The translations under genes and the position numbers were made by a program. From Podarcis cretensis (Eukaryota), in the NCBI GenBank assembly GCA_951804945.1, contig OX638158.1:44764001-44828000 (forward strand): DNA of 64,000 nt, in the 5' to 3' direction. The notes under the pieces are model-generated. The model was not told the origin of the DNA. It was given only the letters and a program-made list of their open reading frames with translations, and made no database searches. Below, piece by piece: positions 23,364 through 34,197 of this stretch. Position 1 is the stretch's first letter. Every line of letters starts with the position of its first letter.

Positions 23364-23729
23364 GGTGGCACTGTGGTCGAAACCACTGAGCCTCTTGGGC
23401 TTGCCGATCGGAAGGTCAGCAGTTCGGATCCCCGCGACGGGGTGAGCTCCTGTTGCTCTGTCCCAGCTCCTGCCAACCTAGCAGTTCAAAAGCACACCAG
23501 TGCAAGTAGATAAATAGCTACCCCTGTGGCAAGAAGGTAAACGGTGTTTCCTTGCGCTCTGGTTTCCATCTGTTGTGCCAGAAGTGGTTTAGTCATGCTG
23601 GCCACATGACCCAGAAAGCTGACTGTGGACAAACGCTGGCTCCCTCAGCATGAAAGCAAGATGAGCGCCACAACCCCATAGTCGCCTCTGACTGGACTTA
23701 ACTGTCCAGGAGTCTTTTACCTTTTACCT
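23364..23729 (+). mobile_element. Sauria SINE, older subfamily
   Basis: ggtggcactgtggtc...gtgcaagtagataaata...ttttacctttt. Confidence 0.88.
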
Positions 23730-24512
23730 TACTATGGAAACTGGGAGAAAAGTCTTCCAGACATAGGAAGCAGGGATCATTACAAATACCATGCCCCCCC
23801 CCCCACGGAGGAGGATAGAGAGGCCTGTTCCATCTGTGGCAGACCCTCCTCTTTCTCAACAGCCCCCCGCCCTCTGTCCACTGAAAGGAGAGGGAGTTGC
23901 TTGAGAAGAGGGTGAAAGGAACAAAAGCAGGAAGGGGGACATACATCACTCATTTGTGTGTTTTTGTCCAGGCTTTTTCTTAAGAATACCAAAGAAGGAT
24001 TCCCAAAAGGCCAGGGTGATTAGGTCTAGTGCTTTATCAGAAGAAAGTGTAAACTTACAAAAGCCTGCAAAGCCTTGCTGCCTTGACTCAGGGCAAGCAT
24101 TTGTCATGACTGTTCGCAAGAGTATGTTAAGCGTTACTGCTATAAAAGGCAAGCAGCATAAGCTGGCATCAATAGCCCAATTAACTCACCCCTTCCTATC
24201 TTTCATCCATCTCTCAGATAAGGGAGAAGCTGACAGACAGACAGTGTCAGAAGCCTCCCCTCTCCCAAGGAGCTGAACCAAAACTAAGGCTCCACAACTT
24301 CAAAGCAAGCAGATAGGCATATGTGATCTCATTCTTGCAGCAAATAGCAATTAGTCCAGGGATAATCTTGGCCACCAACATGGCGTCTACAGGCTTCCTG
24401 GAATATTTTCTCTGTTTGGATCCGCACACTGTAATATTGGAGTCCCAACTGCTGTGGAGCTGCATCTGCAGACCCTGCAACATTTCTCTGATGGAAGTAA
24501 GGACCTCCTATT

Positions 24513-24513
24513 T

Positions 24514-24555
<42 letters not shown>

Positions 24556-24690
24556 ACCCCGTCCATCTAAGTGGGTTGCCTCAGCCACTCTGGGTGGCTT
24601 CCAACATATATAAAAACAGAATAAAATATTAAACATCGAAAACTTTCCTATACAGGGTTGCCCTCAGATGTTTTATAAAATTGTATAGCT
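24513..24690 (-). mobile_element. L2-type 3' end with (ACA)n tail
   Basis: (aca)n followed by cagccactctgggtggcttccaac. Confidence 0.7.
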
Positions 24691-24695
24691 ACTTA

Positions 24696-25045
24696 CCGTA
24701 CTTTTCTGTGTATAATATACCAGTTTTTTACTAAAAAGGGGGAGGCTCGTCTTATGCACAGATAGTGCCTAGGGGGAATGTGTGATTGATTGCTGCGGAG
24801 ATTATCAGTGGCAATGGGACAGAGGATAGATTGATAACGTGACGCGTACAGAGGATAGATTGATAACGTGACGCATACAGAGGATAGATTGATAACGTGA
24901 CGTGTACTAGCGGCAGAGTAGGTCTGGTGGTTGAGTGACTTTTAGGCCATTTCCCCTAAAAAAAAGTCTGGGCAATCTCCCCCCATTTTCTTAATTAGGA
25001 GTCCCCCAAAATAGGGAGTGTCTTATACATGGCGGCGTGTTATAC
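24696..25045. mobile_element. CCGTA-TIR (Tc2/pogo-like) MITE fragment containing a 29-bp x3 minisatellite
   Basis: TA+CCGTACTTTTC start; unit acagaggatagattgataacgtgacgcgt repeated three times at 24819-24905. Confidence 0.6.
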
Positions 25046-25867
25046 CTCCTTTGCTCAGGGGTTGCATCACTCCATATTCTCCAACATTTCGAGATGAAAA
25101 TAGGGATGTCCTAAGGAAAAGCGGGACATTCTGGGATCAAATCAGAAACTGGGACAGCTTTTGTAATTCCGGAATTTTCCCTTGGAAAAAGGGACACTTG
25201 GAGGTCTGCATCGATGATACGCCTTTCCCAGGGACACTCACCTTTCTGGCTCCAGTCCACGAGAAGACCTTTTTATTTGCCCAGCCGTTCCAGTACATTA
25301 TCTGTTTTACTGGACTCCTGGCTTCATTTAATTTAATTTCCTTATTCGTTTGCCACCTCAGGAGCTCTGAAAACTAATGGGTGGCATAGACGTTATTACA
25401 TGAATAAACATTTCAAGGGCACTGATAATAAGAGATACATCTGGGCATAAAAGGCCTGCCATGTTTTTAACTAGTATGTGCACTCAACACCTACAGGATT
25501 CCCACCTTGCTATTATTTTTCAGCAGGCAGTAGTATATTGTAAATCTCTAATTGTCCATTTAAGTAATAATGATCAACCTTCAGGGCATTTCCTGGAGAA
25601 TTAATGACCATAGGGGAAGGTTTTAACAGCCTGAGGCACAACAAGAAGCCATTAACCAGAGCCTGCCATTTAACCACTTAAGCACTGATGAACATTCCAG
25701 ACGCAGAAGTCAGGAAAATTATCGGGTATGCTCTCCTATGCAGATAGATAAATCACTTTAAGGCACCCCAAATCAGTGCAGTATTGATTAGAACAGAATA
25801 GAACTACTGCATATAGTGCCTCTGAATCTAAAGATACCTTTAAATATATCAGAACTAAAAAGGGACA

Positions 25868-26659
25868 TGGTAAAGCGTGTTCTCCCTAGCAGAGAGCACA
25901 TGTTGCGGTGGGAGCCTGCAGGCCACCCCACTGTTGCTGGGTGGGTGTTTGGTGGGACACAGGCAGTGATTGGCTAAATTGGGCTCTGGGGAGATTTCCT
26001 TGTTGCCAATTTGGAGGAGGGGTCAGAGGTTTTAAATACTGGACGCCCAGCTTTGGGCGTCCTTTTGGGCTGCTTACACCGGATCACCTGCCCACTCTCC
26101 TTGAATTGGGGGGGGGGGGTTGCTTTGACCTTACTATGCCTGTCATGGGGACGTCTGCTTTAGAGGCAGGGGCCTGGTAGGAATTTTGTCCATTTGGCTG
26201 ATTGGCTGGTGCCATTTGGTTTTTGCCTACTGCATAGCAAATCGTGACAACTTGTAAGGTTGGCGGTTAGGCATTGGTTAAAATTGGTTGGTGGAGGCAC
26301 GGTGGTGCTGTGAGGGAATTCCGTTAAAGGAATTAGGGGCTTGCCATCCTTTTCGTCCTAGTCCCTGGTTTCGGGCTTGGGCCTTGCAAGCCCCCAGGAG
26401 CATGCAGGTGAGAAGTGAGGGTCTGGTGCCCAGCTTCATTTCTCCCCAATATTGTTTTCCCAGACTGGCTTCCTCTGGAATCCAGAAGTCAGTTCTGTCC
26501 CTGGGGCAAGGACAGATAGTTGTAACCAATGCCTAAGCAACCACTCACATGTGCGTATTTAAATAAAGTTGTGGCCAAAATCGTGCCAAAAACCTTAAAC
26601 AAAATTTGATGTGTGATGTGTGAGTTATTTGGGGTGGCTTGGGGACCTCGACACACAAC
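25868..26659 (+). mobile_element. ~0.8-kb TSD-less structured retroelement cassette, copy 1 (possible Ngaro/DIRS solo repeat)
   Basis: Homologous to 44392-45170 and 46689-47506; 5' hairpin, CCAAT-like motifs, TTTAAATA 26031, AATAAAGTTGTGGCC 26562; no TSD found. Confidence 0.6.
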
Positions 26660-27129
26660 ATTTGTATTCTTCCATCGAAGATCTCTAGCCAGTCCTCACT
26701 TACCTGACACTACATATTGTCAAACATTATCCTCCACTTTGCAGACATTAACACTGCAATAGCTTTTTGCTCTGCTGACCAAGGCTGTAAACCTCTACCT
26801 GCTTACCTTCTCATTTTCATGCCACACAGCACTGCCCACTGTGCAGTGTATGTATGCTAGTATAACTGGGAACTGCAGGAGGCATCCCTCAATTTTTGCG
26901 GATCTGCTTTTGAAAGTGCAAATGGTCTCACACTACCTATCCAGATCCTTGCTTCTTGTTCATGTGAGAATTATTGCACATCGTGGATATATATATATAA
27001 GGATGGGGGGGGGATCCCAGATGGATGCTCCAGATAACTATGCAATCAGTTGGTTGGAAGGCAACAAATAAATCATCTGCCCAGTTCATATCTGGCTAGC
27101 CATCTAACCTGCTTTCTAAATTCTCAAAA

Positions 27130-27670
27130 TCTCAAAGCTTCCCTATGTATCCTGTTCCTCTTCTAGTTTTTTCTAATGCTTAGCCTACATTTAAATAATG
27201 CCTATTAATTTTCCTTTAATTAATCTATTCTTTTCTTTTTGCTCACATATTTTACATCGTAAAATTCCCCATTTGAACATTTTTCTTCCTATACATTTTA
27301 AACCCCACCCGGTTGTTTCAACATTCCTTATAAGATTGGTCTCTCAGGCCTTTTATTATCTTCATCTGCCTATTCTTTCCATTCTCAATCTCCAGCGTCC
27401 TTCTTGAACTATAGTGCCCAGAACCCAGCACATTTCTCCAGATGACCTCTTTCCAAGGCTGAAGCAATATCATTTCTTTAGGGAATCTTTGATACAATCT
27501 CCCTGTAATACAGCCTCAGATGAAATATCGTTTTGTGTTTCACAAAAACCACATTACTGAATCATCCCATGGCTACAAAATCTTTCTCAGCAGCCCTGTT
27601 GCTTCCTCTGGAGCAGTCAGTAAACCCTTTCTTAAATTTGGCCAGTTCTCTTATATTGATAACAAGGGCA
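27130..27670 (-). mobile_element. Old degraded CR1-like LINE fragment
   Basis: gtgcccagaacccagcacatttctccaga resembles the reverse complement of the CR1 EYCVQFW region; boundaries approximate. Confidence 0.4.
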
Positions 27671-27846
27671 ATGATAGACATGTAAAGCACTACAAAAATG
27701 GGGCAATGTTTGCTTTACAGCTCAATCTCTGTAATATGAAAGCAAAGGTAATACTGTGAAAGATTTGCTAGACCCAATGAAGTTGGTATGGAGAACCAGG
27801 ACTGGATTAAATGCAGGGACCTTATATGTAACTGTACCTTCCAAAT

Positions 27847-28210
27847 GGAGGGACGCAGGTGGCGCTGTGGGTTAAAGCCTCAGCGCCTAGGACTTGCCGA
27901 TCGAAAGGTCGGCGGTTCGAATCCCTGCGGCGGGGTGCGCTCCCGCTGCTCGGTCCCAGCGCCTGCCAACCTAGCAGTTCGAAAGCACCTCCGGGTGCAA
28001 GTAGATAAATAGGGACCATTTACCAGCGGGAAGGTAAACGGCGTTTCCGTGTGCGGCTCTGGCTCGCCAGAGCAGCGATGTCACGCTGGCCACGTGACCC
28101 GGAAGTGTCTCCGGACAGCGCTGGCCCCTGGCCTCTTAAGTGAGATGGGCGCACAACCCCAGAGTCTGTCAAGACTGGCCCGTACGGGCAGGGGTACCTT
28201 TACCTTTTTT
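27847..28210 (+). mobile_element. Sauria SINE, variant (young) subfamily, full length
   Basis: 12-bp TSD TACCTTCCAAAT (27835-27846 / 28211-28222). Confidence 0.92.
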
Positions 28211-28294
28211 TACCTTCCAAATAGCTGGTGCCTTGCCTTGTGCCTGTCTTTCTCACTTCCAAACATGTAATGGTGACTGTACAATGATCTAGGG

Positions 28295-28399
28295 CAAGGT
28301 TTCCCAAACTTGGGTCTGCAACTGTTGTTGGAGGGACCAGTGGTCAGGGATGATGGGAACTGTAGTCCAAAAACTGTAGTCCAAGTTTGGGAAACCCTG
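28295..28399. mobile_element. Small palindromic hAT MITE
   Basis: TIRs caaggtttcccaaact / agtttgggaaaccctg; degenerate 8-bp TSD atctaggg/atatagga. Confidence 0.7.
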
Positions 28400-28665
28400 A
28401 TATAGGAGATGTTCACACGTATCACACAACAAGAATAGAATCTGTGTACGTCTGTACACAAGCAGCTGAGATGTACCGCCATATCGTTCTTCATCTGTAA
28501 TGTTCAATGTGTGCCCCAAACCTTGAAAATTGCTGAGGGTCTTGATGGACCACTTAATGATTTTTCTGCCTGGTGTAGCAATTATGGTAGATACTGCATG
28601 GTTTCTTAATTGTACTTTTACAGGCATGCCATGTAACCACTTGAATGAACCATGGTTTGGGAATA

Positions 28666-28876
28666 CAGTGGTACCTCGGGTTAAAAACTTAATTCGTTCT
28701 GGAGGTCCGTTCTTAACCTCAGGTACCACTTTAGCTAATGGGGCCTCCCGCTGCCCTGCAATTTTTGTTCTCATCCTGAAGTAAAGTTCTTAACCCAAGG
28801 TACTATTTCTGGGTTAGTGGAGTCTATAAACTGAAGTGTCTGTAACCTGAAGCATCTGTAACCTGAGGTACCACTG
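28666..28876. mobile_element. Tc1/mariner-type MITE
   Basis: CAGTGGTACCTC / GAGGTACCACTG TIRs, TA flanks. Confidence 0.92.
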
Positions 28877-30599
28877 TATTTAAGCTGTACAAATCAACAA
28901 GCGTACCCTCTTTTTTATTCTTCTTCTTTGATTTATTTATCTGTTCATTTTTTTTCATCCTGCCCTTCTTTCCAAAGGAACCCAGGGCAAAAAGCACTTT
29001 CAAACAAGCACTTTTACACATGTAGATAACTTGCATCTGTGTTCAGTGTAATGCAAAAACCGGTATCTACTGTCTGAGTAACAAGCAAGCTTGTCAAAAA
29101 AATTTTAAAGAAAATAAAGAAGACAGAGCAGGCCAGACTACCACCTCACTGACCACTTTCCAGCACCAGACAAGCAGCAGGACACCAAACCAGACCCAGC
29201 TTGAAATACTGGGCTGGTATTGAAATACTGGGCCATTTGGTATGATAGACTACACCCTAAGTGAAGGCCACAACACTGCTCCTCTTTTTGCCACTTACAA
29301 CTGGTGATCTTTAGCAAAAGGGTGCAGGTGCCAAGTGATGTGCCAAGAGCTCCTGACAAGTGAGTCCAAACTTCAGAAAAGTGCACAATTTCCAAATTAG
29401 GAAGTTCATGCTGTGAACATGCCGATTCTGAACTTCAGCTGCAGTGCTGCTGTGACACTCTTAACATAATAATTAATTGATGGAAAGACACATTTGCACT
29501 TCCAAGATTTCATGAACAGCGAACCACGGCCACGTTTTTGCAGGAAACAAGCGAAGAAAAAAGGCTCCCCTGTGCCGGAGAATTCAAAACAAGAATTTTA
29601 GCTGGTATTTGCTGAACATTCCTAGATAAATAACCATGCTGTATATTAACCTGTCACGTTGCTTGAATTACTTTTCAACATCCCACCCACCTTATCACCA
29701 CGATTGCCTTAACTTTGCATCAGAGAACTATGAAGGGTTTCATTTGTTTAAGGTTTTTATTAACGAAAAAGAAATTGCATACAGAAAATTGCACACTGTT
29801 GCTTAGCTTAAGAATGGGACAGAGCACTAGGAAAATACCAGATGCACACAAAAGGAGAAAGATTTACCTTTTTAATTTCTCTGGCTTTGAACTGAAACAA
29901 GTTCATATAATTACAATTTTACTGTTGCTATGGGAACATTTGTCTGTGAAGATAAACAGGAAAAGATACCTGGTTGAAAGTAATGGAGTTAGTCAGAATT
30001 TACACACTAAACCTCCAAAGTAAGGTCAAAATCCAGTTCTGTACCCCTGGCTCTTCTTCGCATTAATAACGCAACGCTGCGCATGTTTGTGCTGAAGTGT
30101 TTCACTGCCTCCTCCACTCCCTCGCTGTGTTCAGTGAGACTTACTCCTAGGAAACTGTATAAGATTGCAGCCTTAGAAAAATTGTGATAGTATTTCCATA
30201 TATAGGTTAAAGTGCTCAGGGGAAGGTTTAGCTCTCTCAGCACAGACCAAATTGTTTCTGTTAGAAACTCTTCTTTGACATGTATTCAGGCCTGGAAGAA
30301 ATATTTTTGCTCTATGAAAATCTGAAATGGAGACAGTCGGTTTGATGGGAGAAGTTAAATACCTCTTGACATGCTGTGGGAAAGAAAAAGACATTGGCAC
30401 TCAGGATAATGATTTTTTCAATGAAGTCACTTTACTATTACTTGAATATGTATTTTAACTCCGCTGAACCTATGTTTATTATTGCATTTTTACAATTACA
30501 ATGAGTTTTTATGGTATTTTAAAGTGAAAATATGACTGAAATAAATTATTTCCTGTATTCATGAACCAAGGCATTTTTTTCTGGCGGTACTCAACAGTA

Positions 30600-30825
30600 C
30601 AGTGGTACCTCGGGTTAAGTACTTAATTCATTCCGGAGGTCCATTCTTAACCTGAAACTGTTCTTAACCTGAAGCACCACTTTAGCTAATGGGGCCTCCT
30701 GCTGCTGCAGCGCCGCCGGAGCACGATTTCTGTTCTTATCCTGAAGCAAAGTTCTTAACCTGAAGCACTATTTCTGGGTTAGTGGAGTGTGTAACCTGAA
30801 GCGTATGTAACCTGAGGTACCACTG
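30600..30825. mobile_element. Tc1/mariner-type MITE nested in a small hAT-like MITE (about 30568-30867)
   Basis: Perfect TIRs with TA flanks; host ends gcattttttttctgg...ggaaaaactgcactg. Confidence 0.88.
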
Positions 30826-31422
30826 TATGTAGTACCGGCACCATTTTTTCTAGGAAAAACTGCACTGAAACTAACCTTTATTATTACTCTGTTGAAGTTA
30901 TATTAAATGTGTTGGGTCGATGCACCAGTAAACTTATGCTGAGTGTAGTTGAGGACCTGACCTGTAAATACTAACAATTTATTTCTGCCAAAGAAACAAC
31001 CCAAACCCAGAGTGTACCAGGATATAGAAATTACCAAGTAGCGACCATGGATGCAATGGTACCACTGAGGACATCCGTCAGCAACCACCAAGTATTTTGA
31101 AACCCACTCCTTGCTGCTGTCTTCACCTTGAGGTGATGAGGGTGGTAAGCTTTCCCTTCTTGAAAACAGAAATAAATTGGTTCCCACTTCCTCTTTCAGC
31201 ACGGTGTGCTTTTCAAGGCTTGGATTGGCAACTGAGCAGCTGAACAGAAAGTGCAGTAAACAAGGAGAGGGAAAGGAAGGAGGACAAGAACGTAAGAAGA
31301 GGCAACTGGATCACCTGTTAAACAGGAAGGAAGGGAAAAAGTAGTCCTCATAGCATCTCTAAAATAGTACCTACATTTCTTTCTAAAATAGATAAATGTG
31401 TTTTTCTGTTCGTAATTTTTAG

Positions 31423-32083
31423 CAGTGCTTTTTTCTGGGGGGGGGATGCAGGACTATGTGTACCCCTAAACATTTTGTGACTCTAACAGGAGAAGAAACA
31501 AACAAACAAAATAGTTTATTCTCTAGCATAGTGAATCGTCAGTTCCGTTGCTACCCCTAATGGCGGCCTCATTCCCTGTCACAGTGTTTCCTGAGTCTCA
31601 TATGGAAGCAAGTGTTTAATGTGTGAAGCAGTGTGGAATGTGGGCTGTGTGGTGTTTTACTGATGAAAGTTTGGCCTCACTGAAGGGCAATATTTCAATA
31701 TAGGTAGGAAAATTACTAACAATTTTTCATCATCACAGCCAGCAAAGAAGTGTAAAGTTAATGATGCCAATGTGGAAGTTACTGTGAGCTGTCAGCTGTG
31801 TTATATGAGGTAATGCATGTTCATTGTACTTTTGTCCACTTACTGCAGACATGGGCAAACTCCAGCCCTCCAGATGTTTGGGACTACAGTTCCCATCATC
31901 CCTAGCTAACAGAACCAGTGGTCAGGGATGATGAGAATTGTAGTCCCAAACATCTGGAGGGCCGGAGTTTGCCTATGCCTGACTTACTGTATTTATTTTT
32001 CCCGATTTGAACTATAAAATGGTGATTTTCTTGAGTCAAAATGAGACTACCCCTAAACAATTTTTGTTAGAAAAAAAGCACTG
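31423..32083. mobile_element. hAT-family non-autonomous transposon
   Basis: TIRs CAGTGCTTTTTTCT / AGAAAAAAAGCACTG; 8-bp TSD ATTTTTAG. Confidence 0.9.
31846..31981. mobile_element. Palindromic hAT (MER20/Charlie-like) MITE nested in 31423-32083
   Basis: Near-perfect 136-bp fold-back; 8-bp TSD ACTTACTG. Confidence 0.9.
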
Positions 32084-33032
32084 ATTTTTAGGCCCTGTAA
32101 AACATCTTCACAGATCCAGAACAGGATGGGCTTGCTTGGGGCCACTAACAGGCATGGGATGTGTATGGATCTAGACTATTCTATCCCTAGTTCAGAGTGG
32201 ATAATTAAAAAGGAAAAAGAAAGAAAATGAAATGTAATATAAAATATAAGGAAATAATAGAGGAAAGTTAATTGCTACCATTTCCCCTCTTGGTTCACTT
32301 TCAAGAAGCTTAAAATAATCATGATTTTATTGAAGGCTTGTGTCTATTATGCTTTGGCTCACTGAACTGTACTTTTATTAGACTTACTGGAGAGGGCTTC
32401 GAAAATTTGCAGCCGAAATCTCTCAAGTGACCTTATTTTGTATAATTTGGGGAGGGGGGGAATTGCTTTTTCCTACAAAATTGTAGTTATTCATGCAGTG
32501 ACAAGGAAATGGAGGGCAGTTACTTCACCCAAAAATATCTGCTAGGAGGGTTGGGGTTTTTTTTGGGTAATTGCCTGTCTGCTTTTGTTAATTTTCCTAA
32601 TGAACCTCCAGCCAGCTGTGTGTATACTACTGGGATTTTCAAGAAAATTGCAGCTTGCTTCACTGCAACTAAATTGATACTAAAGTTTAAATACAGCCCT
32701 TTAACCAATAACAGCTGAAATATTTTCATTATTAAGCTTGCCATACAACAATTTTAAGTGTACAAAGCAATGCATAATCTTGACGCATTGTGTTCTGTGC
32801 TTACTCACAAGTATTCACTGTATTTTAAATTTGGTGCCAAATGCACCTCTTGCTGGGATTGGGTCCACTGCAGTAGCTGCTCATCAGAGCTCCCAAAAGT
32901 ATGGCTTGCAGTCAGCAGTAATTGGCTGCAAGTCCCTCTGGCAGGGGCTGCACTTAGTAGTTTCCAATTATGAACTCCTGCGGCCAATCCCTGCTGATAG
33001 TGGGGCTTGCGGTTGCCACTGATCAGCTAAAT

Positions 33033-33362
33033 CAGGGGTCAGCAAACTTTTTCAGCAGGGGGCCGGTCCACTGTCCCTCAGACCTTGTGGGGGTCCGGAT
33101 TATATTTTGGAAAAAATAATGAATGAATTCCTATGCCCCACAAATAACCCAGAGATGCATTTTAAACTAAAAGCACATATTCTACTCATGTAAAAACACC
33201 AGGCAGGCCCTGCAAATAACCCAGAGATGCATTTTAAATACAAGGATACATTCTACTCATGTAAAAACACACATGATCACCCATTCCCAGACTGTCCGCG
33301 GGCCAGATTTAGAAGGCAATTGGGCCACATCCGGCCCCTGGGCCTTAGGTTGCCCACCCCTG
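33033..33362. mobile_element. hAT-family MITE with an internal tandem duplication
   Basis: TIRs CAGGGGTCAGCAA / TTGCCCACCCCTG; 8-bp TSD AGCTAAAT; start of a related copy at 63965-64000. Confidence 0.9.
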
Positions 33363-33447
33363 AGCTAAATGGTCCTGACTGCAAGCCCCTTTGGGATCAA
33401 TTGCACTTGGGAATTCCCAAAAGAGAGCTCCCCAGTGTATCAGTGTA

Positions 33448-34197
33448 AAAAGGTAAAAAAGGTAAAGGACGCCTGGACCGTTAAGTCCAGTCAAAGGTGA
33501 CTATGGGGTTGCAACACTCATCTCACTTTCAGGCTGGCATTTGTCCACAGACAGCTTTCCAGGTCATGTGGCCAGCATGACTAAACAGCTTCTGGTGCAA
33601 TGGAACACTGTTATGGAAACCAGAGTGCACCGAAACTATGAGGAGAATCAGAACTTACAAGGTTAAACAGTTCTGTGTGACGTCTCACATTCTGAGGCGT
33701 GGTTATGTTCACATACGGGAATCTTTCTTTGTGTGTGAGCTTCCTTTCGTTTTTGGCTGAGAGACAAAAGGATGTCCGCTCTCTCTCCAGGCTGAGTTAC
33801 GATGTTTTTCTACTCATTAAAAGACTGTTCAAGATTAGCAAGAAGCCTGCATTCAGTCTGATTTATTATCCACACACAAGGCAACAGTTTCTCCCGCTGC
33901 TGAACTCTGCTAGGACTATGCTAAGAGAGCTAAGGGAGCTTACGTTTTCTATCGGCACGGACGTCCATCGGCGCAGCAGAAGCGTACTGGGCGCCATCTT
34001 ATCTAACATGTTTACCTTCCCGCCACAGCGGTACCTATTTATCTACTTGCACTGGTATGCTTTCGAACTGCTAGGTTGGCAGGAGCTGGGAAGAGCAATA
34101 GGAGCTCACCCCGTCGCAAGAATTCGAACCACTGACCTTCTGATCAGCAAGCCCAAGAGGCTCAGTGGTTTAGACCACAGCGCCACCCACATCCCAC
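33448..34197 (-). mobile_element. Sauria SINE split by an LTR-like insertion
   Basis: SINE halves 33448-33636 and 34009-34197 are colinear; TSD gtatcagtgta/gtatcaatgta. Confidence 0.85.
33637..34008 (+). mobile_element. LTR-like fragment (ERV-type solo LTR, probably missing its 5' end)
   Basis: Foreign 372-bp block inside a SINE; ATTAAA poly(A)-like signal near 33816; ends ...ctaaCA; no TSD recovered. Confidence 0.55.

Noticed and set aside
24819-24905. CRISPR-like 29-bp repeats
   Set aside because: Head-to-tail with no spacers, inside a MITE, in eukaryotic DNA
25868-26659. Hammerhead ribozyme or retrozyme in the structured cassettes
   Set aside because: No conserved CUGANGA/GAAA core seen across the three copies
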